Positions 29,421 through 39,678 of a DNA stretch of 64,000 bases are shown here, piece after piece (within the stretch, counting starts at the first letter, position 1; the number at the start of each line of letters is the position of its first letter). Location of the stretch: positions 640,402-704,401 of the forward strand of contig CBDEGU010000011.1 in the NCBI GenBank assembly GCA_965238045.1. Direction: 5' to 3'. The DNA is from Bryobacterales bacterium. Its GTDB lineage: Bacteria > Acidobacteriota > Terriglobia > Bryobacterales > UBA6623. The notes beneath the pieces are model-generated. The model did no database searches and had not been told where the DNA came from. It was given only the letters and a program-made list of their open reading frames with translations. The translations under genes and the position numbers were made by a program.

Positions 29421-30851
29421 CTATTTCTCCGCGATCGCGTATACATGAGAGCGGGTCATGATAAACAGTGTTCCGTTGGCGACGACCGGAGTGCTGTAAA
29501 TCGTGTTGCCGAAGTTGATCTCCGACAAAACCTCTTTGACTCTTCCGGTCTTAATCACGGTCAAGTCGCCGTCCTCGTCGCCGATCAGTACTTTGCCGTC
29601 CACAACATAGGGCGAACCCCAGACGGCGGCGAGCATGTCGTGCTCCCACAGCAGCTTGCCCGTCTCCAGGTCCAGGGCATGCAGGAAGCCGCTGAAGTTC
29701 GCCGCGTAGACGATCTCGTCTTCAATGGCGACGGTCGAAATCGTGCGCCGAAAATCATGATGCCAGATCACGCCTGATTTCGTCACGTCCCCTTTCTTGG
29801 TTCCGTCGATGACCCACAGATGACCGACGCCCTCTCCATGTTCGGGGTCCTGTCCCACGGCCACGAAAACCTTGTCGTCGTAGATTACCGGCGTCGCGAT
29901 GATGTTATTACGGTCGCCGCGGCCCTGCTTCCATTCCGAAGCCTTCGGGTTGGCGTCGAATTGCCAAATAGGCTGTCCGGTCTTGGGTTGGAAGCTCCGC
30001 AGCCAGCCGTCGCCGCCCGGGAAGATCACTTGCGCAACGCCGAGGATCTCTCCATACGCGGGCGAGGCCCACTGCCCGTGCAGAATCTGGTCGCCCGGAT
30101 CGCCGTTTTCCCATAGCACTTCGCCCGTGTGCCGGTTGATCGCCAAGAAACTCGGCGCCTCGGGGAAGGGGATGTTGACATGGCTTTCGTCGACGCCGTT
30201 CGAGGTGTTGACGTAGAGAATATCTCCGACAATGAGCGGCGAAGTCGCGGCCATGTTGTGGGGGAATACCGCCAGATCGTCATACATGTTCAGCGTCCAG
30301 ATGACATCGCCGTCGATCTCGGAGGTATTCTCCTCGTCCTTAAAAGGGCCGTCATTTTCGCCATCGCGGAAACCTTCCACATCCAGCGCCATGACTTCGG
30401 CGCGGTTCGAGACGTAGTAGACGATGTTGTCCGCCACGGCCGGGGAAGAGCACACACCCTGCTCGGGCCAGTCGTTCACGCGGCCGGCCACGAGTTTTTT
30501 GTGCGTCATCTGCCATAGGAACCCGCCGTCGGATTCCCGAAAAGCCATCACCACGCCGCGGTCTCCGCCCAGCTTGGGGTTGCGCATCAGTTCGTTGTTG
30601 GTTCCCACGAACACCTTTCCGCCGGCGATCACCGGGTTCCCGTAGGACTGCGACCCCAGCTCGGCCACCCACTTGATATTTGTCTTGTCCTCGACACTCC
30701 AGGTGCGGGGGATGCCTTTCTCCTCGGAGGTCATGTTCCGCTCCGGAGTACCGCCCCACATCGGCCAGTCCGCCGCGAAAGCGGGCAGCAACCAAAAGAC
30801 GGGCAGTGACAAAACGGCGACCAACAGGATAGATCCGCGCATGGTTTTCAT
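29421..30851 (-). CDS. Secreted PQQ-like beta-propeller repeat protein
   Basis: Signal peptide MKTMRGSILLVAVLSLPVFWLLPAFA. Repeated W-containing blades (WPMWGG, LWQ, VLWE, PIWQF, LLWEHD) are typical of BamB/PQQ-repeat propellers. Confidence 0.7.
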   Translation of the reverse strand: MKTMRGSILLVAVLSLPVFWLLPAFAADWPMWGGTPERNMTSEEKGIPRTWSVEDKTNIKWVAELGSQSYGNPVIAGGKVFVGTNNELMRNPKLGGDRGVVMAFRESDGGFLWQMTHKKLVAGRVNDWPEQGVCSSPAVADNIVYYVSNRAEVMALDVEGFRDGENDGPFKDEENTSEIDGDVIWTLNMYDDLAVFPHNMAATSPLIVGDILYVNTSNGVDESHVNIPFPEAPSFLAINRHTGEVLWENGDPGDQILHGQWASPAYGEILGVAQVIFPGGDGWLRSFQPKTGQPIWQFDANPKASEWKQGRGDRNNIIATPVIYDDKVFVAVGQDPEHGEGVGHLWVIDGTKKGDVTKSGVIWHHDFRRTISTVAIEDEIVYAANFSGFLHALDLETGKLLWEHDMLAAVWGSPYVVDGKVLIGDEDGDLTVIKTGRVKEVLSEINFGNTIYSTPVVANGTLFIMTRSHVYAIAEK

Positions 30852-30893
30852 GAGTGTAATTTTCCGCTGTAACGTCCTGCCCCAGGAAACTCT

Positions 30894-33113
30894 CTAGTTT
30901 CCGGCCGCGGTGACGGTGAAATTGTCATAGAAAATATCGGTCGTCGAATAGCCATAGATGCCGGGGCTGCCCTTGGCGTGCGGCAGCGGATCGGTGGCTT
31001 CGAGCGTCCACCCAACCGGCTCGGCTTCGCTCTTCTTCCAGACCTTGACGCGCACGGTCGAGCCACCCTCGCCCGGGTCCACGCGGACTTTCATGTGATA
31101 CCAAACCTTGACCTGCCAGTCGAACGGAATCACTTTCGAAAACCGCTGCATCTCAGAGAACCAAGTCCGAATCATCAGCTTACGCCGCCCGCCCATCATG
31201 GCCACCGTATAGCGGTGGGAGACCAGACCCATGTCGGGCTTGAATCGTCCCCGCTGGTCGGCCATCAGGTCGGCTTCCACGGTATAACCGCTGGCATCGG
31301 GGTCGCCAACATAAACCGTCGTCCGCCAACTGCGCCGGTTGCCCGAAGGCTTCTTGAGGACTTTGTTGCCTTCCAAGTTCGCGATTTGGAAGCGTCCGCG
31401 CGTGGCATTCCAGCCCGGCGGCACGGTTTTCTCCGCATAACTCTCGAAGTCTTCGGTGAACGGCGCCGCCGGACGCGCGCTCACCCGCGCCGCGGCCTTC
31501 AGCCCGCCCGCGGACGCGGTCAAAAGCCCGCCTTGGAAGGATACATCGGACGAGAGTTTCAATTCGCCCTTGGCCGAAACCGTGCCCTGCAGACCGTCGA
31601 GCGACCAGCTAGACTCGGTTTCGCCAATCAAACGGCCTTTGGCGTCGTAGGCGCGGGCGACGAATTTCTTGCTCGCCCCGGCGCTGAGAATCACCTCGGC
31701 CGGAAAGATCAGCAGTTGAGCCAGCGCGGCTCCAGCGGGCGCTTTGTTCGTGACAGCCGGAGCGGCGGAGGATTCGTTCGCCGATCGTTTCTCGCCGATG
31801 GCGTAGAGGTTATTGTTCGTCAGCAAGAAGACGCGGCCGTTGGCGACCGCCGGGGAGCCGTTGATCTGCGTGGCGCTGCCGTCGGCGTTCTTGAACTCTT
31901 CCACGTCGAGCACTTCGGGTTCTTTTCGTCCGTTGAGCTTAAGGATGTGAAACTTGCCATCCACGTCGGCGACGTAGGCCTTGCCATCAGCAATGACCGG
32001 AGAGGCTTTCTGCGCGATGCCGAGATTGTGCAGCCAGAGCCGTTCCCCGGTCTTGACGTCAAACGCGGTGAGGTTGGCCGAGTTGTCGACGTGGTAGAGA
32101 ATGCCTTCGTGGATCGCCGGCGAGGCGTACCCTCCGGTGAAGCCGTCCACATTCCAGGTCAGCTTCGGCTTGCCTCCGGCGGCCGCTCGCGAGTCCAGAT
32201 TGATGAGCCGTCCCATGGCGACGCTTTCATCGACATTTTCTTCACTGTGGGAAGCAAACACATGCGCGCCGTCGGCGACGACCGAGGAATTGATGCCGCG
32301 TTTGCTCAGCGGAAACGCCCAGACCTTTTTCCCCGTGGCCACTTGCAGGGCGTAGATGCCGCCGTCGCCGTTGCCGGTGATAAGAAGCCGCTCGCCGTTG
32401 ACTTCACGAACGAGCGGCACCGAGTAGGTCGTGTCTTTGGGCGCGCCGCCCGGCGTGGCGACCCAGGCGATTTCACCGGTTGTCTTATCGAGCGCGAAGA
32501 AACGATGCCGGGGAATGAAGTTGCCGCCCCAGCCGGCGGTAAGAAAACTGACGATAAGCAAATTGCCGTCGATGAGCGGATCGACCGTGCGTCCGCCAAA
32601 ACCCGAAATACGCCCGACCAGTTCACCGAACGAACGCGACCAGAGGACCTGGCCGTCGCGGTCGAAGCAGTGGACCATGCCCTCGACGCCATGCGAATAG
32701 ACGTAACCGGTCTCGGGATCGCCGGCCAAGCTGGCCCAGCCGATCCGGTGGTGCGGAATGTCGGTTTGAAAGACGTTGTAGCGATAGTCCCAGCGAACCT
32801 TGCCCGTCTCTTCATCGACACAGACAACGCGTTCCCGCCATTTTTCAGGCGTGGCTGGATCCGAGAGGGTGATGACGCACACCCGCCCGTCGAGCACAAT
32901 CGGGGTCGAACGACCGCCAATGGGTGCCTTCCAGGCCAAGTTTTCGCCGCTCGCCGACCACGAATCGGGTAGACCCGTCTCGGCCGAGACGCCGTCGGAG
33001 TTCACCCCGCGCCAGGCCGGCCAGTCGGCGCTGGTCAGCAACATCGGACTGGTCAGCACCCATAAAACCACCGAAACGATAGACTTCATCTGGTACCGCC
33101 GTCGCGACGCCAT
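30894..33113 (-). CDS. Secreted PQQ-like beta-propeller protein with C-terminal beta-sandwich (DUF1080/LamG-like) domain
   Basis: Signal peptide MKSIVSVVLWVLTSPMLLTSADWPAWRG (likely start at 33089). Propeller blades as in the neighbouring gene. The C-terminus WYHMKVRVD...IYGYS...FYDNFTV resembles DUF1080-type domains. Confidence 0.65.
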   Translation of the reverse strand: MASRRRYQMKSIVSVVLWVLTSPMLLTSADWPAWRGVNSDGVSAETGLPDSWSASGENLAWKAPIGGRSTPIVLDGRVCVITLSDPATPEKWRERVVCVDEETGKVRWDYRYNVFQTDIPHHRIGWASLAGDPETGYVYSHGVEGMVHCFDRDGQVLWSRSFGELVGRISGFGGRTVDPLIDGNLLIVSFLTAGWGGNFIPRHRFFALDKTTGEIAWVATPGGAPKDTTYSVPLVREVNGERLLITGNGDGGIYALQVATGKKVWAFPLSKRGINSSVVADGAHVFASHSEENVDESVAMGRLINLDSRAAAGGKPKLTWNVDGFTGGYASPAIHEGILYHVDNSANLTAFDVKTGERLWLHNLGIAQKASPVIADGKAYVADVDGKFHILKLNGRKEPEVLDVEEFKNADGSATQINGSPAVANGRVFLLTNNNLYAIGEKRSANESSAAPAVTNKAPAGAALAQLLIFPAEVILSAGASKKFVARAYDAKGRLIGETESSWSLDGLQGTVSAKGELKLSSDVSFQGGLLTASAGGLKAAARVSARPAAPFTEDFESYAEKTVPPGWNATRGRFQIANLEGNKVLKKPSGNRRSWRTTVYVGDPDASGYTVEADLMADQRGRFKPDMGLVSHRYTVAMMGGRRKLMIRTWFSEMQRFSKVIPFDWQVKVWYHMKVRVDPGEGGSTVRVKVWKKSEAEPVGWTLEATDPLPHAKGSPGIYGYSTTDIFYDNFTVTAAGN

Positions 33114-33445
33114 AAACTTCTCCCAGAGTGCCAGTTTAACAAAACGACACTTCCCAATCCGTCAGGATGAGCTAAGACAACGCTACGGAAACAGATGGGT
33201 GATGGCCCCGTGTTTCTTGTCTCGAATCTTCAGGAACCGGCCATCCTGGCAGCGGACGGCGCAATGCGGATATCGCGGAGGGATCTTCCCCCGGGCGGCG
33301 GAACGGGTGGCGGAAGGATGTAATCCGGGCTGGCCCCTCGCGTCGGCTCGGCTGGGGCCAGGGCGCAGCTTCGGGACGCACCGCTCCACCGCTGTGCAGC
33401 AGGCTGCGCCCATCCTGCAAAACACGCAAAGCGGGGCGAGGGAAG

Positions 33446-33805
33446 CTACTTGGACTCGGTGCCGCCGCTAGCGGACTTCGCCGGTTCTACCAATCGGCGA
33501 CAGCCGCCGCTTCGTCTGCCGCTGGTTCCGGCGCGCCCGCTGGGACGGGACGTGGAAATCCCTACTGGCACGCCGAGGCGCGGACCCCGAGAACCCTGAC
33601 CGGGCACCGTAATTCCTGGTCTGGAGAGGGGTCTCGAGGTGGATGTCGGCAGTCCGACCCGAGCCAGCCCCCTGGAGCCGGATTGCCCTCCGACCCGGGT
33701 TCCATTGAATGTTGGTTGGGAACCAAGCGAACCCGCGCCACCGAATTGGCCCAACGCAAGCGCTGGCAGGGCGGTAAGCATACAAGTAATCGTGAAAAGC
33801 CTCAT
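33446..33805 (-). CDS. Small secreted Gly/Arg/Ser/Pro-rich protein (hypothetical)
   Basis: RBS GGAG lies 7 nt upstream. Has the signal peptide MRLFTITCMLTALPALALG, followed by low-complexity sequence with TSTSRP/STSRP repeats. Confidence 0.35.
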   Translation of the reverse strand: MRLFTITCMLTALPALALGQFGGAGSLGSQPTFNGTRVGGQSGSRGLARVGLPTSTSRPLSRPGITVPGQGSRGPRLGVPVGISTSRPSGRAGTSGRRSGGCRRLVEPAKSASGGTESK

Positions 33806-34136
33806 AGGGTCTCCTTGACTTTTACTGGTTGCCAGCGTTCCGTCGCACGAAGGCGGCCAGTCGCCAGAATCCGCAAGGCATTGATTCTAAAAAGCTCCAT
33901 ACGCGGCGTTGCTGGCCGAAATCCACCACCTGCGGGATAAAGACCACCAGGACAGCATTTCCGCGGCAGCCGGTTTCCAGACCGAAACGCTAGCCCGCCG
34001 TCTGCCCGGTAGGAGACTGCCCAGTACAATAAGACCTTCTGGAGCAAGTCCCGAGATTCTCCGGCGAGCACTTCAGCCTCGGAACGTCGCCGGGCCGCCG
34101 GAACCCTTTGCCGTACCCGCCGCGTCACACAAAGCA

Positions 34137-35312
34137 ATGACCTCGGTTCCCGAACCTGCCGCGACAGCCGTGCCGCGCACGTGCGCCGAAGTCAATCTCG
34201 GAGCTATCGTCCGGAACTACCAATCGCTGCGGCGAATTCTGGGTGATAGTGTCGAAGTCGTCGCCGTGGTAAAGGCCAACGCCTATGGGCATGGGTTCGC
34301 GCCAGTCGGCAAGGCGCTTTCGGCGGCCGGGTGCGGATGGTTCGCCGTCGCATGTTGGGAAGAAGGGGTCAGCCTGCGCGAGGCCGGCATCGCGGGGGAA
34401 ATTCTGGTCCTGAGCGGTTTTCTCCCGGGAGAGGAAACTGCCGGGCTCCGCCTCCGGTTGACGCCTCACATTCACAACCGCGGCCAGTTGCTTCGCTGGA
34501 ATGCCGAAGCCGCTTCGGCCAGCACGAGGCCCGCCTATCACATCGAACTCGACACCGGCATGCACCGCATGGGTTGGGACAGCCTCGACGCTCAGCCGCT
34601 AGCCGAAGACCTGGCTGGAGCGATCGAGCAGGCCACCCGCGCTGACTTCCACGGGCTGGCGACGCACTTGGCCTCGGCCGAAAACTTTCGCTCGGATCAA
34701 ACCCATCGGCAGAACGAGCGTTTTCAATCTGCCTTGCGTCATCTCGAATCGCTGGGCATCCACCCGCGGCACACGCATATCGCCAATGGCGCGGCAGCGG
34801 TCCTGAGGCCCTCACTCGGCGGGAACCCCTCATTGGGCGGCAACATGATCCGCGCCGGATTGGCGCTCTATGGTTACCTGGCGCCCGTGGTTGGATCCCC
34901 GCCCGTTGCCCCGCTCCAACTCGAACCTGCTCTTGCCTGGAAGGCACGGCTTGCCGGGGTTCGAAATGTCTCCGGAGGATCAAGCCTCGGGTATTCCGCT
35001 TCCTATGCGGCAGCGAAGCCCATGCGCGTCGGAGTGGTCTCGGTCGGCTACGGAGACGGCTTTGACCGCAGATTGTCGAATGGCGGAGCGGTGCTGGTGC
35101 GAGGCCGGCAGTGCCCAGTCGTGGGACTCGTGAGCATGGATGTGACTCTGATCGATCTCTCCGCGCTCCCCGCGGCTGAAATCGGCGACGAGGTTACCTT
35201 GATCGGCCCCTCGCTCGACGCGCAAGCGATGGCCGGTCACTGCGGAACGATCACCTATGAGGTGCTGAGCCGAATTTCCAGCCGCGTGCCCCGCGTCTAT
35301 CGCGCGCCTTAG
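34137..35312 (+). CDS. alr: Alanine racemase
   Basis: VVKANAYGHG PLP-binding motif and C-terminal TITYEVLSRISSRVPRVY. The ATG at 34137 gives a typical 391-aa protein; the track ORF extension from 33909 is unlikely. Confidence 0.93.
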   Translation: MTSVPEPAATAVPRTCAEVNLGAIVRNYQSLRRILGDSVEVVAVVKANAYGHGFAPVGKALSAAGCGWFAVACWEEGVSLREAGIAGEILVLSGFLPGEETAGLRLRLTPHIHNRGQLLRWNAEAASASTRPAYHIELDTGMHRMGWDSLDAQPLAEDLAGAIEQATRADFHGLATHLASAENFRSDQTHRQNERFQSALRHLESLGIHPRHTHIANGAAAVLRPSLGGNPSLGGNMIRAGLALYGYLAPVVGSPPVAPLQLEPALAWKARLAGVRNVSGGSSLGYSASYAAAKPMRVGVVSVGYGDGFDRRLSNGGAVLVRGRQCPVVGLVSMDVTLIDLSALPAAEIGDEVTLIGPSLDAQAMAGHCGTITYEVLSRISSRVPRVYRAP

Positions 35313-36226
35313 AGCGACTCGCCGGTCTCGGGTTGCGAGGCAGTTCCCTGCTCGTTCGCCCGCCTGTGGATTTCGGCCGCGGTCAGTTCGGCTTGCTGGG
35401 CGATTTCCGCCGGCATATCCTCTCGTGGCCGCCGAAAACGCCGAACGTCTTCCAGATCCTCAAGCGTCCCGATCAGGTAGAGTGCGCGCAGCGCCTCGTA
35501 AACATGATCGGAACTGGGCGAGAGAACCATGACTTCATCGCCGGCCTGAACTCGGGCTCCGTCGCTGAGCAGACGCCGGGCCACAGTTCCGGGAAGCGGT
35601 GATCGCAACTCGCTGGGCTCTTCCTTGCCCGGCTCGGCGACCCGCGCCAGCAGCGTGCTCTGATCCGCCAAATCGCCGGGTTCAAGGCGATTGGTCAGCG
35701 TCCCGTCATAGGGGCTTTTCACCGCGAATGGACGCAACATAGCGAGCAGAACCGGGCGTCCCGCCGCGTCCTCGAAACCCGCCAGCGAGAGCGCGGCGTT
35801 GCGCCGCACCAGCGGGTCCGGGTCTTCGATCATCTCGCGCAACCGGTCGTGAAAGCGCTGCTCCTGGCGGTCCTGCCCCATGACCCAGGCGGCGGTAACG
35901 CGCAACTCCGGCAGCGGATGGCGGGCGAGTTCGAGCACACTGGGGTACCAGCGTTTCGCCCCGGCTTCGGTGGCCGCCATCTGCTCGGAAATCTGTGCTA
36001 GCGCATGCTGCGCCTTGCGCGGTTCGTCCGCCGCCTCCAAATACTCGCGGATCTCCTTTTCGCTGAGGGTGAGTCCGAACCAGGTACCGCGCCAGAACAG
36101 AAAGGGCAGCAGCACGCACGAGATGGCAACCACCGTCAGGATGAGCGTGGCGCGTCTTGAGACGGCCGACACCGGTCGAGCTTCCGGTTGTGATTCGGGC
36201 GGAGCTTCGGGTTGGGTCATGTACAA
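35309..36226 (-). CDS. Membrane-anchored HEAT-repeat protein with C-terminal biotinyl/lipoyl-like barrel-sandwich segment
   Basis: N-terminal TM helix (LILTVVAISCVLLPFLFW). HEAT-like repeats (ELRVTAAWVMG, DPLVRRNAALSL). C-terminus GTVARRLLSDGARVQAGDEVMVL. Confidence 0.55.
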   Translation of the reverse strand: MYMTQPEAPPESQPEARPVSAVSRRATLILTVVAISCVLLPFLFWRGTWFGLTLSEKEIREYLEAADEPRKAQHALAQISEQMAATEAGAKRWYPSVLELARHPLPELRVTAAWVMGQDRQEQRFHDRLREMIEDPDPLVRRNAALSLAGFEDAAGRPVLLAMLRPFAVKSPYDGTLTNRLEPGDLADQSTLLARVAEPGKEEPSELRSPLPGTVARRLLSDGARVQAGDEVMVLSPSSDHVYEALRALYLIGTLEDLEDVRRFRRPREDMPAEIAQQAELTAAEIHRRANEQGTASQPETGESL

Positions 36227-36292
36227 GTCATGGAGCGGCCAGCGCTACGGCCGTTGTGCTCGCGTCACTCTCGGAAATTCCTGCAGCGACCG

Positions 36293-37057
36293 CTAGAGTC
36301 CCGCCCCCACTCGCTGCGGACCCGTGCCCATAAGCGCCTGGAACTCCGGGTGATCGAGCAAGGGCTCGAAAAGCGGGTCGGAAAGTACTTTCTTGCGCTT
36401 CCGAAACCCGTCCTCGAACGCTCGGCGCAAATTCAGCAAGGCGCGATCATAGAGCGCGACCCCGGCGTACGCCCGCGCCATGAAATAGAAGTAATTAGCG
36501 CGGTCCTGCACCGAGCGGTCCAGCAGCAGCGAGCCGCCGCGGCCACGCCGTTCAAACACTTTGGCATCAAGTTCCAGTGCCCGGACAAACTCCTCGGACG
36601 CCTTCTTGAACTTGCGTCTCCGAAAATACGCCGTGCCGAGATTACTGTGAATCGACGCCGAGTTGGGATCAATTTTCAGCGCCTTGCGATAGGTCTTCGC
36701 CGCCTTCTTGAACCTTTCCTCGGCGTAGTGCACCGCGCCGAGATTGTTCACCGGCTGCGCGAACTCTCCATCGAGCTTGATCGATCTTTTATAACTCCGT
36801 TTTGCCTCTCGAAAAAGTCTCAAGTGATGATAGACGATTCCGAGTTTGTTGTGAAGACGGTGGGAATCAGGTTCGGCGGCAAGAGCTCTCTTGTACGCGT
36901 CCACCGCCTCGCGGTACATCTTTCGGGCCACCTGGATGTCGGCCATTTCTTCCGCCGACAACGCCATTTTATCCAGCGGCGTCCCGGTTTCCCTCGTGCG
37001 GTCGACGAGCTGCGGCGGCATGAGCAGGAGCATGAGTGCGATGACACTGTTCATCAC
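36293..37057 (-). CDS. Tetratricopeptide (TPR) repeat protein, secreted
   Basis: Signal-like N-terminus MMNSVIALMLLLMPP. Multiple 34-residue repeats (AVDAYKRALAAEPD, AKRSYKRSIKLD, AAKTYRKALKIDPN, ASEEFVRALELD). Confidence 0.75.
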   Translation of the reverse strand: MMNSVIALMLLLMPPQLVDRTRETGTPLDKMALSAEEMADIQVARKMYREAVDAYKRALAAEPDSHRLHNKLGIVYHHLRLFREAKRSYKRSIKLDGEFAQPVNNLGAVHYAEERFKKAAKTYRKALKIDPNSASIHSNLGTAYFRRRKFKKASEEFVRALELDAKVFERRGRGGSLLLDRSVQDRANYFYFMARAYAGVALYDRALLNLRRAFEDGFRKRKKVLSDPLFEPLLDHPEFQALMGTGPQRVGAGL

Positions 37058-37333
37058 TTCCTCCAGCGTTGCCCGATCTCTCCGCCTGGCCGGGACATTC
37101 TCGGGACATCCAGCATGCCGGCGGGGACCAGCCGCTCTCTCATTAGATCATACGAAGGTTCTGGCCGAGCCAAATTTGGAGCTTGGCCTCCCGGACACAT
37201 TGGGGCGGCCGGGGCAACATTGGGACGGCCAAAGGCTTCCAGAAGGCGCAAGAGCAAGGCGTCGGTTGGCGAACCGGCGGCACGAACGCTACGCTACCAT
37301 GGAGAACTTAACGATTCACCGAAAGGCGGACTC

Positions 37334-38179
37334 ATGCGACTGGTAACATTTTCCAACGGCGGCGCGGCGTGCGCCGGGCTTCTCTCAGGCGATCAAATCC
37401 TAGATCTGGAGCCTGCCGGATTTAGCGGCGTGCGGTCATTCCTCGACGGCGGCGCCGAAGCAATCGCCAAGGCAGGCGAGTTACTGGCGAATCCCGGCGC
37501 GGCCATTCCCGCCGCGGAGGCGAAACTTCATACGCCGATCCCCGACGCCGAGAAGTTCATCTGCATCGGGTTGAACTACCGCGACCATGCGATTGAATCC
37601 GGCATGGAGATCCCCGACACGCCCATCGTATTTACCAAGTACCGCAACGCCATCATTGGACCCGGCGAGCCCATCGAGATTCCGCCCGTGTCAAGCGAAG
37701 TCGACTACGAGGCCGAATTCGCGTTCGTCATCGGCAAGACGGCCAAGAACGTCGCGGCCGCCGACTGGGAAGAGTACGTCTTCGGCTACACCATCGTCAA
37801 CGATGTTAGCGCCCGCGACTATCAACTGGCGACCAGTCAGTGGACCATCGGCAAGACCTTCGACACCTTCGGACCAACCGGACCCTCGATTGTCAGCAAG
37901 GACGAAGTGGCCGACCCGCATAACCTGCGCATCAGCCTGAAACTCAATGGACAAGTGCTGCAAGACTCCAGCACCGATCAGCTCATCTTTCGCATCCCGG
38001 ATCTGCTGGAGTACCTCACCAAGGTCATGACCCTAGTGCCGGGCGACATCATCTCGACCGGCACGCCTCCCGGCGTCGGCTTCGCGCGCAAGCCGCCGGT
38101 GTTCATGAAGCCCGGCGACGAGGTGATCGTCAAGGTCGAAGGCCTGGGCGAACTGCGAAACCCCTGCGTGGCCGGCTAG
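37334..38179 (+). CDS. Fumarylacetoacetate hydrolase (FAH) family protein
   Basis: MRLVTF... start. Has FICIGLNYRDHA, EVDYEAEFAFVIGK and GDIISTGTPPGVG, which are FAH-family signatures. The long upstream part of track ORF 36212..38179 is antisense to the TPR gene and is rejected. Confidence 0.88.
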   Translation: MRLVTFSNGGAACAGLLSGDQILDLEPAGFSGVRSFLDGGAEAIAKAGELLANPGAAIPAAEAKLHTPIPDAEKFICIGLNYRDHAIESGMEIPDTPIVFTKYRNAIIGPGEPIEIPPVSSEVDYEAEFAFVIGKTAKNVAAADWEEYVFGYTIVNDVSARDYQLATSQWTIGKTFDTFGPTGPSIVSKDEVADPHNLRISLKLNGQVLQDSSTDQLIFRIPDLLEYLTKVMTLVPGDIISTGTPPGVGFARKPPVFMKPGDEVIVKVEGLGELRNPCVAG

Positions 38180-38194
38180 CCCGTCGGCGAGATG

Positions 38195-39421
38195 CTAGGG
38201 AATCACGCCGTAATCACCCGCCTGGCTCCATTCGGGGAAAGCCAGACCCTCTTGGTCGAAGACCAGTTCGCCGTTCCTGACCGTCATGACCGCTTCGAGC
38301 TTGCGGGAGCCCAGCCGTTTCTTCGACCAGGCGTCTTGGTAGGCGAACACCCCATGCGTCAAACGCAACACGGCGATGTCGGCGGCACGGCCCTCGCCGA
38401 GCGTCCCGATCGCCGGAAACTGGTGGATGGCTCGCGCCGGAGCCTCGGTGGAGCGGCGGATCGCATCCTGCAATCCCATGCCCAGCAGCAGCATCTTCGA
38501 GATGCAGTTGGGCATGTCCGATCGCGGCCCCATGATGCTTCCCTGGTGCAGATCCGTGCTGATGGTGTCGGGCGGGAAGCCGTCGGCCATCGCCTTGGAG
38601 GCCACCGGCCAGAGGAAGCTGCCGCCGCCGTGGCCCAGGTCAAAGAGAACGCCGCGCTCCCGCGCCAGCCGCGCGTAGCCATGCACCTTGCCTGAGAAAC
38701 GATCGATGATCTCGACCTGCCGGTCGTTGTAGCAATGAGTATGCAAGTCCCCCGGACGCATGTAATCGAGCAGCTTCTCGCGTGAGTGGCGGCCGGTGTT
38801 AGTAAAGATCTTATCGTCAACCATGACCGGCACATCGGCTAAACGCCCCGCTGCGATGGCCCGCTCGATCGCCACCCAGCCTGGATGCGGGAAGTGAGCG
38901 TGCTTGATGCCGACGATGATCGAAGGGTACTGCTTGACCATCGCCGCGGTTTTCTCCGGCTCCATGTCGGCGGTGCTGCCTTCGGCCTCGGGAACCATCC
39001 CTCCGCCGGCGATATTAAGCAGCGCCAGGATGCGGGTTTTCGACCGGTCGATAATATCCCGCTTGAATTTCTCGAATGTGCGCCAGCCCGAGCCCCCGGC
39101 ATCGACAATCGTCGTGGTTCCAGTTACCAGAGCGGTGTCGTCTTGAAAGATCGCGCCGCCATAACCGGTGGCGTGCGCGTGGAGGTCAATCAATCCCGGA
39201 GTCACATAGAGTCCCTGGAGATGGATCGTTTTCTTTGCGTGCGATGGAGGAATGTTTTCCGCGACCTTCGCAATCCGGTTACCCGTCACGGCGACATCCA
39301 TCACCTGGTCGATGCCGCTGGCCGGATCGATGACATGCCCTCCTTGCAGGAGCAGGTCATAGGTCTGTGCCGCCAGAGAGAGAGACAGCAAACAACCGAG
39401 TGCGATGGATTTCGTGGCCAT
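38195..39421 (-). CDS. Amidohydrolase-superfamily metallohydrolase (dihydroorotase/deacetylase-like), secreted
   Basis: Signal peptide MATKSIALGCLLSLSLAAQ (start 39421). DLLLQGGHVIDP and IDLHAH metal-binding motif, plus downstream HTH and DLGHGG motifs. Confidence 0.8.
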   Translation of the reverse strand: MATKSIALGCLLSLSLAAQTYDLLLQGGHVIDPASGIDQVMDVAVTGNRIAKVAENIPPSHAKKTIHLQGLYVTPGLIDLHAHATGYGGAIFQDDTALVTGTTTIVDAGGSGWRTFEKFKRDIIDRSKTRILALLNIAGGGMVPEAEGSTADMEPEKTAAMVKQYPSIIVGIKHAHFPHPGWVAIERAIAAGRLADVPVMVDDKIFTNTGRHSREKLLDYMRPGDLHTHCYNDRQVEIIDRFSGKVHGYARLARERGVLFDLGHGGGSFLWPVASKAMADGFPPDTISTDLHQGSIMGPRSDMPNCISKMLLLGMGLQDAIRRSTEAPARAIHQFPAIGTLGEGRAADIAVLRLTHGVFAYQDAWSKKRLGSRKLEAVMTVRNGELVFDQEGLAFPEWSQAGDYGVIP

Positions 39422-39678
39422 TCGCAGCGTAGCGATCGCCCGTGCTCCTCGCGCGTTTCGGAATCGGCGACCGGTAAGCCGGCTGCTTTCTTGGCGCATA
39501 TTCAAAGTCCATTCAGCTCCGGGATAATCCAACGCGTGAAGTGGCGCTCCCTCCCGGCGGTAATACCTATACTACAGCGGTAAACCAGGCGACCGGACCG
39601 GAATCCATCCATAAGGAAGCGGTAGGATCGCGGGGATCCCGGGCCCCCACCTCCCGCCCGAACTCCTGCCCCGGCCTC

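Noticed and set aside
36212-37333. N-terminal 374 codons of track ORF 36212..38179
   Set aside because: This part is antisense to the well-supported TPR gene (36293..37057) and runs across an intergenic region. FAH-family similarity begins only at MRLVTF (37334).
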